Positions 48,413 to 58,133 of a stretch of 64,000 bases of DNA are shown piece by piece. The stretch comes from Vulcanimicrobiota bacterium (GTDB lineage: Bacteria > Vulcanimicrobiota > JAJTBE01). The notes under the pieces are model-generated. The model was not told the origin of the DNA, made no database searches, and saw only the letters and a program-made list of their open reading frames with translations. The stretch lies in contig JAIORV010000068.1 in assembly GCA_021107945.1 (NCBI GenBank), positions 1,222-65,221 on the forward strand, read 5' to 3'. Every line of letters starts with the position of its first letter. Position 1 is the stretch's first letter. The translations under genes were made by a program, and so were the position numbers.

Positions 48413-49969
48413 CTATAAAGGGATATTTCCATGTTTTCTGGGAGGATTTGTATCCTTCTTGGTGGCTAACATCTCAAGCCCCCGAATTATCCTGAACCGG
48501 GTTCTCCGCGGCTCGATGACATCATCGACAAATCCTCTCTCGGCGGCGACATACGGGTTGGCAAACCTTTCCTTGTAATCTGTCTCCAACTCGCATACTC
48601 TTTTGTCCCTGTCCTCGCGCTCCAATTCTTTCAATTCCTTGCCGTATATGATTTCCACGGCTCCTTTCGGTCCCATGACGGCAATCTCGGCTGTGGGCCA
48701 GGCATAATTCAGATCACCGCGAATATGCTTCGAGGACATGACGCAGTATGCACCACCGTAGGCCTTGCGAGTGATGATTGTGATCTTTGGCACAGTCGCC
48801 TCGGCAAAAGCATATAAAAGTTTTGCCCCGTTCCTGATTATACCTCCGAATTCCTGAACCGTCCCGGGCATGAAACCCGGTACGTCTTCAAGAGTTATGA
48901 TAGGTATGTTGAAGCAATCGCAGAAGCGCACGAATCTGGCTCCTTTTATTGAAGCATTTATATCCAGCACTCCCGCAAGGTATCGAGGCTGGTTTGCAAC
49001 CATACCCACAGGCTTCCCGTTAAAACGGGCGAATCCCACAATGATATTGGGAGCATATAGCCTGTGAACTTCTAAAAACTCACCGTCATCAACCAGCATC
49101 TGAATTACATCATGCATATCATAGGGCTTATTAGGATTATCGGGAATTATCTCGTTTAAAGAGTCTTCCATCCTGTCCACCGGGTCGTTGCAAATAGTTG
49201 CAGGGGGATCTTCCATATTATTCGAGGGCATGTAAGAAAGAAGCTTCCTTAGCAACATCAATGCTTCTTCCTCATTCTCAGCAAGGAAATGTGATACACC
49301 GGAATGAGTACAGTGTATCATGGAGCCTCCCAGCTCTTCATTTGTAACGATCTCGTTCGTAACCGTCTTCACAACTTTTGGTCCGGTAACGAACATATAA
49401 CTGATATCCTTGGTCATAATTGTAAAATCGGTAATAGCCGGGGAATAAACGGCTCCACCGGCGCAGGGTCCCATAATAGCGCTTATCTGGGGTACAACCC
49501 CGGAATACTTAACGTTACGAAGAAAAATATCCGCATATCCCGCCAGGCTGTCAACACCTTCCTGAATCCTTGCGCCTCCCGAATCGTTCAGCCCTATAAC
49601 CGGAACACCCATCTTGGCCGCCATATCCATGATCTTGCATATTTTCTCCGAGAAAGCTTTTGACAGGGATCCCCCAAAAACTGTGAAGTCTTGTGAGAAT
49701 ACCATAACAAGACGTCCGTCTATTGTGCCATAACCTGTTATGACACCGTCCGACGGTATTTTTCTGTCAGCCAGTCCAAAGTCAACACAGCGGTGAGTTA
49801 CAAACATGTCAAACTCCTCGAAACTGTCCTGGTCAAGCAACATTTCAATTCGCTCACGTGCAATGAATTTGCCCTTTTTGTGCTGAGAATCAATCCTCCT
49901 TTGACCACCACCTATCTTGGCCTTTTCTCTCAACTGACTTAATTTTAAAAGTTTGGATTCCAGACTCAT
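48413..49969 (-). CDS. methylmalonyl-CoA decarboxylase alpha / propionyl-CoA carboxylase beta-type carboxyltransferase
   Basis: 518 aa; two crotonase-like halves with conserved [13 protein letters not shown] and GAYCVMS segments; GGAGGG SD. Confidence 0.9.
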   Translation of the reverse strand: MSLESKLLKLSQLREKAKIGGGQRRIDSQHKKGKFIARERIEMLLDQDSFEEFDMFVTHRCVDFGLADRKIPSDGVITGYGTIDGRLVMVFSQDFTVFGGSLSKAFSEKICKIMDMAAKMGVPVIGLNDSGGARIQEGVDSLAGYADIFLRNVKYSGVVPQISAIMGPCAGGAVYSPAITDFTIMTKDISYMFVTGPKVVKTVTNEIVTNEELGGSMIHCTHSGVSHFLAENEEEALMLLRKLLSYMPSNNMEDPPATICNDPVDRMEDSLNEIIPDNPNKPYDMHDVIQMLVDDGEFLEVHRLYAPNIIVGFARFNGKPVGMVANQPRYLAGVLDINASIKGARFVRFCDCFNIPIITLEDVPGFMPGTVQEFGGIIRNGAKLLYAFAEATVPKITIITRKAYGGAYCVMSSKHIRGDLNYAWPTAEIAVMGPKGAVEIIYGKELKELEREDRDKRVCELETDYKERFANPYVAAERGFVDDVIEPRRTRFRIIRGLEMLATKKDTNPPRKHGNIPL

Positions 49970-50011
49970 CCGGTTCCCTCCTGGATTAACTAATTTGAAA
50001 AGACAATAAAT

Positions 50012-50036
50012 AAACGACCTATTAATCGGGTCGTTT
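50012..50036 (-). terminator. hairpin AACGACC-CGATTAATAG-GGTCGTT followed (on the minus strand) by TATTTATTGTCTTTTC
   Basis: Read directly; downstream of the minus-strand GGDEF gene and its repeat block. Confidence 0.45.
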
Positions 50037-50134
50037 AATTTTACGACAGGGATTTGTTATTGATTTAGTTCACAAATCCTTCTGTTTTTCTCTCTTAATG
50101 TAAAAAAAATTGTATTCGCCATATTCAACATAGA

Positions 50135-50290
50135 AATCACGGAGGCCGCGGAGGATAACCGGAGGAAAAATATTGATATCTCTGAGGTAGATGGAAGTGG
50201 GAAATGGGAAGTGGGAAATAACTGGGATTTTAAGCTTTTTCGACACCCTCACATCCCGTCTCCCGCCTCTCGCCTCCCGTTTCCCGCTTC
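50135..50290. repeat. composite repeat: heptads ATCACGGAG-GC-CGCGGAG-GATAACCGGAGG and a C-rich complement of the G-tract module
   Basis: gatggaagtgggaaatgggaagtgggaaataactggg ... cccgtctcccgcctctcgcctcccgtttcccgcttctcgtc. Confidence 0.75.
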
Positions 50291-50297
50291 TCGTCTA

Positions 50298-51203
50298 TCA
50301 TATATATACCCTGTCCCTGCCATGAGATTTGCACATATACATCAACTCATCTGCCCTTTTTAACAGCGAATCGATTGTGTCTTCTTTCCGGGCTATAACA
50401 GCGCCTATAGAGGATGTCACGTTTATTATATTTCCTTCATAATCAAACCCGGACTCTCTCACAAGGCTCCATAGCCTGTTACCGACCGCCTCAAGTTGAT
50501 CTTTCTCGCTGACAAACGGGGCAAGCACAAGAAATTCCTCTCCGCCCCACCTTCCAACCATATCATAACCCCTGACGGCATGAGTCATAGTATTTGCAAC
50601 CATTTTCAGAACCCTGTCCCCGATAGCATGCCCATATTTATCATTTACTTTTTTAAAATTATCAATGTCCAGATAGCATACCCCAAAAGAAATAAGGTGT
50701 CTTCTTAACGCGCTTAATGCCTCTTGCAATCTGAACTCAACCATACGCCGGTTCGGAAGCAGAGTAAGATGATCAATAAATGCTATTTTCTTGAGTTCTT
50801 CCATTTTCTCGACAATTCCCTTTTGCTCGGAGTTGTCGCTGAATATTTCCACCGCGCCGAGAATCTCGTTGTTTTCATCCTCAACAGGGACAACTTTAAC
50901 AAGCAGGGGAATTCTGTGACCTTCCTTGTGTTTTCCATAAAGTCTGCATGACACTGACGCTCTGGTTTCAATCGCTTGTTTAAGTGGGCAGTAACCGTTG
51001 CAAACCTCTCTTCCCCGGTCGTCAATATGAACAAGCACTTCGTCGCGACAACGCTTGCCGATGATTTCATCCGCCTTATAACCGGTTATCTTTTCCGCAC
51101 CCTTGTTCCAGTACCAGATTTTGCAATTCATATCAACAAAAAAAACACCGTCATAAATATTTTTTAAAAGAAGACTTTTAAAATGGTCGCCTTTGTTTAT
51201 CAT
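50298..51203 (-). CDS. PAS-domain diguanylate cyclase (GGDEF)
   Basis: Start moved to the internal Met MINKGDH (AGGGGGA SD); PAS core; active site RWGGEEF; I-site-like RKED. Confidence 0.8.
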   Translation of the reverse strand: MINKGDHFKSLLLKNIYDGVFFVDMNCKIWYWNKGAEKITGYKADEIIGKRCRDEVLVHIDDRGREVCNGYCPLKQAIETRASVSCRLYGKHKEGHRIPLLVKVVPVEDENNEILGAVEIFSDNSEQKGIVEKMEELKKIAFIDHLTLLPNRRMVEFRLQEALSALRRHLISFGVCYLDIDNFKKVNDKYGHAIGDRVLKMVANTMTHAVRGYDMVGRWGGEEFLVLAPFVSEKDQLEAVGNRLWSLVRESGFDYEGNIINVTSSIGAVIARKEDTIDSLLKRADELMYMCKSHGRDRVYI

Positions 51204-51647
51204 TGCTTGCTTCCCCCTGTTCATGAAGAATCCATTAAAAAGGCAATACTTTCAATTTATATTATACCCTTTTCATGCATATTATTTCCCTTCCCACTTC
51301 TGATAAAATCCATTTCCTTTTCTCTATAGCAGGTACCAATTCGCCTGAGCTGTTTTTAAACTATGATGGTAATAAATGAGCGAATCGAAGATGATGCAGG
51401 GGACTAGTTAAAACCACAGAGGACACCCTGAAACAACCCCGCCCTGAAACAAGTTCAGTGTAGGCGGACAGGGTTCAGGGCAGGTACAGAGAATTCTCTG
51501 ATTTATCTCAGTGCTCTCTGTGTTCTCTGTGGTAAAAAAAACATAGGGGCTGAGCAGTATCGACTTTTAAAACACGACCTAATAAAATAAAGAAGAAAAC
51601 TTGTTTTTTAGCAGGAATTCAAACATACGGAAATAATTATCTGAAAC

Positions 51648-52805
51648 ATGAATATCGGAATTTTTACAAATGCATATAAACCAATTATTTCAGGGGTAGT
51701 CAATTCGATAGACCTGATAAAATCAGGACTGGAAGCCCGCGGACACCGGGTTTTTATATTTGCCCCGCGATACAAAGGATATCATGACAAAGAGAAGGAC
51801 GTTCACAGGTTCTTTTCGGTGAATCTGACCAACAGGGTTGACTTCCCCGTTGCGATACCATATTCTTTCAGGCTTTTTAAGCTCATTCCAAACCTGAAGC
51901 TTGATATCATTCATACACACCACCCGTTCATACTGGGAGAGGTTGGCGTAAATTTCGCAAAAAAACTTAAAATCCCGCTTGTTTATACATTCCATACACA
52001 ATTCGAGCAATACTCCCACTATATACCGTTTAACCAGGATATTGTAAGGAAAGTTACCCGATTTTCAGTGATAAAGTATGCGCAGAAATGCAACCTTATT
52101 ATATGTCCCAGCACAACCATTTTATCATTGCTTGATAATTACGGGATAACATCTCCCATAGAAATGATTCCCAATGCCATAGATATATCTGCCTTCGATC
52201 ATCCGGATGCGGAGCCTGTGAGGAAAAAATACGGACTTACACAAAAGGATAAGCTCCTGATTTATGTGGGCAGGATTGGACTGGAGAAAAACCTCGGTTT
52301 TATGCTCAAAGCATTCAAGAAAGCAAGAGAGCGTGTTCCCAATGTAAAACTGATGATCGTCGGTGAGGGGGCAGAGCTTGATTCCCTCAAAGATCTTGCC
52401 GTGAACCTGAAGATCGACGATGACGTAATCTTCCCCGGGAGGGTCGAATACAGCGATATCCCATCATATTACGGCGCGGGATATGCGTTCATAATGACAT
52501 CCACAACCGAGGTGAAGCCCCTCGCCCTCCTGGAGGCTATGGCCTCCGGACTTCCGGTCGTTGCAATATCAGCCGCAGGCTCTTCCGACACAATCACCCC
52601 CGATTTCGATGGACTCCTCACGGATCACGATATGGATAACTATGTGAATGCCCTTCTGAAACTCCTTGAAGACAAGGATTACAGGGATAAGTTGAGTTCA
52701 GGAGCGAAAACGACATCGAAAAAATACTCCATGCTCCAGACCTCTGAAAGACTGGAAAAACTTTTTATGCGAGTAATAGAGGAAAACAGGCAGGTAGCTG
52801 TATGA
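51648..52805 (+). CDS. GT4-family glycosyltransferase
   Basis: 385 aa; N-terminal MNIGIFTNAYKPIISGV; C-terminal EX7E-like region PLALLEAMASGLPVVA. Confidence 0.8.
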   Translation: MNIGIFTNAYKPIISGVVNSIDLIKSGLEARGHRVFIFAPRYKGYHDKEKDVHRFFSVNLTNRVDFPVAIPYSFRLFKLIPNLKLDIIHTHHPFILGEVGVNFAKKLKIPLVYTFHTQFEQYSHYIPFNQDIVRKVTRFSVIKYAQKCNLIICPSTTILSLLDNYGITSPIEMIPNAIDISAFDHPDAEPVRKKYGLTQKDKLLIYVGRIGLEKNLGFMLKAFKKARERVPNVKLMIVGEGAELDSLKDLAVNLKIDDDVIFPGRVEYSDIPSYYGAGYAFIMTSTTEVKPLALLEAMASGLPVVAISAAGSSDTITPDFDGLLTDHDMDNYVNALLKLLEDKDYRDKLSSGAKTTSKKYSMLQTSERLEKLFMRVIEENRQVAV

Positions 52806-53332
52806 GGTTGGAAAAAGGACGTGTTCAGGTATATACAGGAGATGGAAAGGGTAAAACCACCGCCGCCCTTGGGCTTGCGATAAGAGCGGCGGGGCATGGA
52901 CTGAAAATAAAGATAATACAGTTCATGAAGGGCAGGTTCGATTACGGTGAGATTGCCGCGATGAAGCGATTCCCGGAAATTTCCATGCATCAATTCGGGA
53001 GGGTGGATCTTGTATATAAGGGGAAAGAGAAAGAGATTGACTATCAGCAGGCGCAGTCAGCATTAAAAATGGCGATGGATTCACTTCATGATCCCGATCT
53101 GGATATATTGATACTTGATGAAATAAATGTCGCTATTCATTTCGACCTTATAAATACGGAAAGCTTGCTCGATCTTCTGAATAATAGGCCGAAGAATATG
53201 GAGATAATTATCACAGGCAGAAAAGCCCCCGAAGAAATTATAGAAAGAGCGGATCTGGTGACAAGAATGGAATCGGTGAAGCATTATTATGATACGATAA
53301 ACCTGGAAGCACGCAAGGGGATTGAATACTGA
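52802..53332 (+). CDS. cobO: cob(I)yrinic acid a,c-diamide / cob(I)alamin adenosyltransferase
   Basis: 176 aa; P-loop VYTGDGKGKTTAALG; conserved ILDEINVA; ATGA overlap with the GT4 gene. Confidence 0.85.
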   Translation: MRLEKGRVQVYTGDGKGKTTAALGLAIRAAGHGLKIKIIQFMKGRFDYGEIAAMKRFPEISMHQFGRVDLVYKGKEKEIDYQQAQSALKMAMDSLHDPDLDILILDEINVAIHFDLINTESLLDLLNNRPKNMEIIITGRKAPEEIIERADLVTRMESVKHYYDTINLEARKGIEY

Positions 53333-53426
53333 GAGAGATAACGACTTTTTTTTTACCACGAAGTCACGAAGGACACGTAAAGAAAAAAGAGAGAAGAAAT
53401 TGGAAGATGGAAATCCGTCACTCGTC

Positions 53427-53545
53427 CCGGGAAGACGCTGAAACGCCTGAAGCAGTGGGGGTTGTGTGCATTCTCTTCTTCCCCGGATAAATCCGGGGGT
53501 TAATCTCATGGGAGGTTTAAAAACCTCCGCTACCCGACCTCCAGC
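53427..53545 (+). repeat. three-hairpin element, copy 2
   Basis: cccgggaagacgctgaaacgcctgaagc ... ccccggataaatccgggggttaatctcatgggaggtttaaaaacctccgctacccgacctcc; matches 37172-37300. Confidence 0.75.
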
Positions 53546-53625
53546 ATCCGTCCTCCATTACCCTCTGTGCCTGCGCTGAACTTGTTTCAGTGTCCTCTGT
53601 GGTAAAAATTTTAACGGTGAAAAAG

Positions 53626-55989
53626 TTAAGCCCTTCGCAAGATTCCCGTTTTGACCAGTATAAAATAAATAATCCACAGGATAACCGCCGTTCCTTCCAG
53701 GGCGGCAAGGAAGAAGCTGCATCCGGCTATTCCCAGTAACGGGACAAAGAAAGCTCCGATCAAAATCGCTCCAATACATCCTCCAAAATGATCTGCACTG
53801 TCTGTGAACGCCGCCGCTCTGCCGACTTCCGATCCCCACTCTTCCATTAGATACGCCGCCAGCGGAAAAATATGTCCCGAAAGCACTCCCACAATCATCA
53901 CTATAAGGAAAAAAAGAAACTGGTAAGAAGAGGGAAGTTTGCCCAGGAATCCCAGGATAAACGGAAGAGATAAGCCAAGAATGACGATAAGAATCAAAAC
54001 GCCCATAAAGAGCGGCATTACGGAGTCTCCCCCGGATTGCGGAATATTATCAACTTCCTCTTTCAGATCTTTTATTTTCTTCTTTATAATGCGATGAACC
54101 GAGCTTCCACCGAGAAAAAGCCCCAGCATAAAGAGCGCGATGAGGAAGCCTATCTTTTCGAAAAGGTATCCGTATAGACTCTGGTATGAATAACTCAGTA
54201 AAACTGTGAATCCCATGGCACATAATCCTGTTGCAAAAACCGAGAAAAGAGAGCAAAATTTAGCAGATCTTGCTTTACCGGGTCGAATAATTAATGAGCT
54301 TAATAAATATAAAACCACAATTGCAATCAGAATGGATATCCAGAAAACAGTCCCCTTTTTTTCCATAAAGGATATTACTCCCGCAAGCCTGGAACTTGAG
54401 TATTTATCCCATAATTTGAGATTATGGAGGTAAGCTACGGGAGATAGATCAGTATTTATGCGGCCTTTTATATTCTCCCGGTATATTTGCTTTTTGAATT
54501 TCACTCTCTCGGGCTCGTAGATAGTTTCAAATATATAAGGGGTGAAAACTGTGTCGGAAATATTCCTCTCCTGGAATCTTTTGAATAGCACATTATAATC
54601 ATCGCTTGAGGCGGATTTGTCAAACGATGCAAAGAAATGGGTGTGTGTTCCCGGGGACATTGATATATAAGGGAATACTTTATTAACAGTCCTGTAAATC
54701 GTTGTATTGTAATCCGCTATCTGGCTTCCTTTTCCCAGAAAATTCTCCGAGGATGTGATATTAAGCGCAACAACCGCCCCGGGTTTCATTATTCTCAAAA
54801 TCTCCTGAAAAAATTCCAGTGTATAATATCTGTTTATAAATGCCGTTGAGGGATCCGGCATATTAAGAAAAATAAGATCATATTTATTTTTGGTGTTTTT
54901 CACAAAAAGTCTTCCGTCAGAAACGGCATGCTTTACTCTCGGGTTTTGCAGTATCTTTTTCTCTTTCTTTGATAAAACAGGCTCCATCATTTCATAAAGG
55001 GAAGGATCCAGATATACCATGGTGACCGATTCCACGGGCTGTTTCAATGTTTCCTTGATAAATCCCGGTGTTACCTCTCCGATTATGAGAATATTTTTGG
55101 GGGACGGATGTTGTGTGAGTATATGATGCGCCGCCGTTGCATCATCATATTCCACAGGAAACGAAAATCCATAGATCCCGTTAAAAAAGACGTTGTACTG
55201 ATCTTCCTGTTTCGTAAGTGCAAGATTCTGGTATGGAGAATCCCGGCTGTCAAGCAGGGGCATATCTTTTATAAGGGTTCTCCATCTTGCAAGAAGGGTT
55301 GTTCTGTCAATGTATGAGGCGGCAAATGGAGAAATAAGAGTAAAGAATAATACAAGAAAAATAGCTGCTCTTTTAATTTTACCAGCGTGAGACCTTGCCA
55401 AAATATGGTATGCGAAAATGACTCCCGAGAAAAGAATCAATATCAGCGAAGCAATAAACGGCGTTGAGAGAAAACGAATCAATAGGAAACTGAAAACCAC
55501 CCCGCCGGTGAGGGAGCCTAGAGATTCGGATATATATATCCTTGCAACGGCGGTCTTATCTCCAAGTATCCTGCATCCGACAGGGAATGTAAGCCCGATC
55601 AGAAAACCCGGTGGGAAGATGGCAATGAGGGAGATCCATACCATTGAAAGAAACGGCATAAACTGTCCGTACGGCGTGCCGGATAACGCTCTGCTCATTC
55701 TGATGAATGGTATGAGGGCGATTGGCAGGATGGAAAAAATGAAGGTGAGATTTAGAAAAAGTCTGTTATAATCCCTGATGCGATCTGCAATAAGAGGATA
55801 TACTATCGCCCCCGCCGTTATTGCGATCAGCCAGAAGAACAGTATGACCCCGAGTATAAGTTCATTGCCGTAGAAAATCACCAGGAACTCACGAAATAAT
55901 ATCGATTGACATATTGTCGAAGAGAGTCCCATGAGGAAGAATATCATCAATACCAGGATATGCTTTTTTAATGTTTCTTTATTCATCAA
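53626..55989 (-). CDS. membrane-embedded spermidine/spermine-synthase-like protein (MFS-like TM bundle plus aminopropyltransferase domain plus C-terminal TM segments)
   Basis: 787 aa; central domain ILIIGEVTPGFIKE ... YDLIFLNMPDP ... GAVVALN matches the spermidine synthase fold; flanked by ~12 TM helices. Confidence 0.7.
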   Translation of the reverse strand: MMNKETLKKHILVLMIFFLMGLSSTICQSILFREFLVIFYGNELILGVILFFWLIAITAGAIVYPLIADRIRDYNRLFLNLTFIFSILPIALIPFIRMSRALSGTPYGQFMPFLSMVWISLIAIFPPGFLIGLTFPVGCRILGDKTAVARIYISESLGSLTGGVVFSFLLIRFLSTPFIASLILILFSGVIFAYHILARSHAGKIKRAAIFLVLFFTLISPFAASYIDRTTLLARWRTLIKDMPLLDSRDSPYQNLALTKQEDQYNVFFNGIYGFSFPVEYDDATAAHHILTQHPSPKNILIIGEVTPGFIKETLKQPVESVTMVYLDPSLYEMMEPVLSKKEKKILQNPRVKHAVSDGRLFVKNTKNKYDLIFLNMPDPSTAFINRYYTLEFFQEILRIMKPGAVVALNITSSENFLGKGSQIADYNTTIYRTVNKVFPYISMSPGTHTHFFASFDKSASSDDYNVLFKRFQERNISDTVFTPYIFETIYEPERVKFKKQIYRENIKGRINTDLSPVAYLHNLKLWDKYSSSRLAGVISFMEKKGTVFWISILIAIVVLYLLSSLIIRPGKARSAKFCSLFSVFATGLCAMGFTVLLSYSYQSLYGYLFEKIGFLIALFMLGLFLGGSSVHRIIKKKIKDLKEEVDNIPQSGGDSVMPLFMGVLILIVILGLSLPFILGFLGKLPSSYQFLFFLIVMIVGVLSGHIFPLAAYLMEEWGSEVGRAAAFTDSADHFGGCIGAILIGAFFVPLLGIAGCSFFLAALEGTAVILWIIYFILVKTGILRRA

Positions 55990-56011
55990 TTAATTCAACT
56001 TGCTCAATAAA

Positions 56012-56794
56012 CTACATCCCTCTCACCTTAATGTCAAAATTATACATCTTCATCTGTTTGCCAATATAATCATCATCATCCGTCAGAGCAACAATCTCTA
56101 TCCCGGTTTTTTTAGATTTTTCAAATAACAATTTACTGTTCCTGAGATTGACCTGGTTTATCTCACCATCGCCAATTTTCGGGAAAACCTTTTCCAGTAA
56201 TGAAAAGTCCTCCGATGTAAACGGACCTTTAATCTTTATGGAGTCAAAATGATCTACACCATTGACATTCTTGCTGTTGGGTTTCGGACCGGTCCTTAGC
56301 ATATTCCACATCATCGTGTCATATTGAATCCAGCGAATCCACAGGGGCAGGTCTTCTATTATTGGCAGGTCAAGGTATCTCAGGGGCATTGATTTTTTAT
56401 TGCGTTTCACCCCGTAGTATTCTCGATAGGGTTCTTTCACATACACTTTATTTTGACATAAGGTCTTGTATATGACATCCAGATCTTTCACCCTCAAAAA
56501 AAGCATGACAACTCCACGAACACCGCCTTTGTTCCATTGATTCACACAATCGGGACATTCATCAGAAGCACCTCCCAAAAGGCGAAGCATTTCGAAATAA
56601 GAACGCCCTACGAAGGGAGTTATTGTTTTGAAATTCTTCCCTTCTTTCCCGGAATTAAGACTCACCGGAAAACCTGATTTCTCGAATTCTTTCTTGATTT
56701 TTTCGAAAATATATTCAGAATCATCAACCAGTGCAACAAGATGATCTATTTCACTTGAAAGAACAGGATTAATCAATATAAAAAACCTCCCCAA
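56012..56794 (-). CDS. hypothetical protein
   Basis: 260-aa ORF with good codon periodicity; no motif recognised. Confidence 0.45.
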   Translation of the reverse strand: MGRFFILINPVLSSEIDHLVALVDDSEYIFEKIKKEFEKSGFPVSLNSGKEGKNFKTITPFVGRSYFEMLRLLGGASDECPDCVNQWNKGGVRGVVMLFLRVKDLDVIYKTLCQNKVYVKEPYREYYGVKRNKKSMPLRYLDLPIIEDLPLWIRWIQYDTMMWNMLRTGPKPNSKNVNGVDHFDSIKIKGPFTSEDFSLLEKVFPKIGDGEINQVNLRNSKLLFEKSKKTGIEIVALTDDDDYIGKQMKMYNFDIKVRGM

Positions 56795-57282
56795 TTATAA
56801 ATACAAACTTAAAATTCAACATGGGTAGTATTTAATGAAACCTGGAATCAATCCTTCAAAAGCCCAGGTCAGTAGTGTCCTTTGTCCAATCTTTCCGCAA
56901 ACAAAAAGGATACCTTATTTTATCAAGGTCAGCAAACCCAAAACCACTCTTTTACTTGGACAACATTGACTTTTTCTATTTACTTTTCAGATTTAACGCC
57001 CGTATCCTTATGTGTCTTTAATATATTTTTTTTCCTGGGGCTTATCAAAGACGTCTTTCCCAGTTCAGGCCTTTTTTCGTTTACGGCAACATCTTTCTCC
57101 AGATCCGATTTTTCAAAAAATAAATAGAAAAATACAAGGAGACCAAATAGAAAGAGCATGCTAATTAAGAAGAAAAACATTATCACTTTCACCATTTCAC
57201 CCTTCTATTTCTTTTTATACCCATTGTCAGAGGAAATAACCATTTCATGAAAAATTTATTTATATCTATTCAGACCTCCCAC

Positions 57283-57337
57283 AGCAGGAGAGCCTTCCAG
57301 GCTCGATTTTCGTGGCAGGATGCCACTCCTGCAAACA
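57283..57337. ncRNA. structured element, copy 2 (outer stem GCAGGAG/CTCCTGC; hairpins GAGCCT-TCC-AGGCTC and GTGGCA-GGA-TGCCAC)
   Basis: Compensatory changes relative to the copy at 38277-38333 preserve both helices. Confidence 0.45.
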
Positions 57338-57520
57338 ATACCACTAAATTAAGGCAGGAGTGACGCATCTTTAAAGCGGAATGGCATGAGAACATCGATA
57401 AAACCCATAGGGCATCTCACATTGTTATTATAATCCAGCGCCAAAACCCACATCACCCATGTGTTGACTCACTAATTCATGGGCATTGCCTATGGGAGGG
57501 ATTTCCCAACCCCGATAAAT

Positions 57521-57947
57521 TAGTGTCTGTCCCTAATTAACAAAATGGCGTCTGTCCCTGTCCCTATTAGTGAATTAATTAGGGACAGACACCAATTATT
57601 TTCCCCTCCGGATATGCCCACAGGTTTTGGGTAATATGATGTATAATGGGAAAAACCTATCGTTGCAATCCTTGTAATTCTTGTTAATAAAAATAGTGTC
57701 TGTCCCTAATTAACAAAATGGCGTCTGTCCCTGTCCCTATTAGTGAATTAATTAGGGACAGACACCAATTATTTTCCCCTCCGGATATGCCCACAGGTTT
57801 TGGGTAATATGATGTATAATGGGAAAAACCTATCGTCGCAATCCCTGCAATTCTTGTTAACAAAAATAGTGTCTGTCCCTAATTAACAAAATGGTGTCTG
57901 TCCCTGTCCCTGTCCCTGTTAATGAATTTATTAGGGACAGACACCAA
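57521..57947 (+). repeat. 173-bp tandem array, 2.5 units. Each unit has a perfect 18-bp inverted repeat GTGTCTGTCCCTAATTAA ... TTAATTAGGGACAGACAC (34-nt spacer carrying a third half-site) followed by an extended -10 element TGTATAAT
   Basis: Units start at 57521, 57694 and 57867; inter-unit segments ~97% identical; TGnTATAAT at 57640-57647 and 57813-57820. Confidence 0.85.
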
Positions 57948-58133
57948 TAGGGGGAACTGAACATTTACCTTCGAATTGGGTGTAAGATAAATATATGAAA
58001 ATACTTTTTGCAAGGAAGGATAAACGCGTACCTCTTAAAGAATAAAACTGCCTGTTGATTCTGTAAAACATATAATTCTATAATTCGGAAGTATTTAATA
58101 ACACTTTTAAAACCGCACCTGGAGAAAAATGTA

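Noticed and set aside
57521-57947. Possible CRISPR array (regularly spaced palindromic repeats)
   Set aside because: The spacers between the repeats are ~97% identical to each other, which makes it a tandem duplication rather than unique acquired spacers. The repeat period of 173 bp and the internal IR structure do not fit CRISPR, and no cas genes are present.
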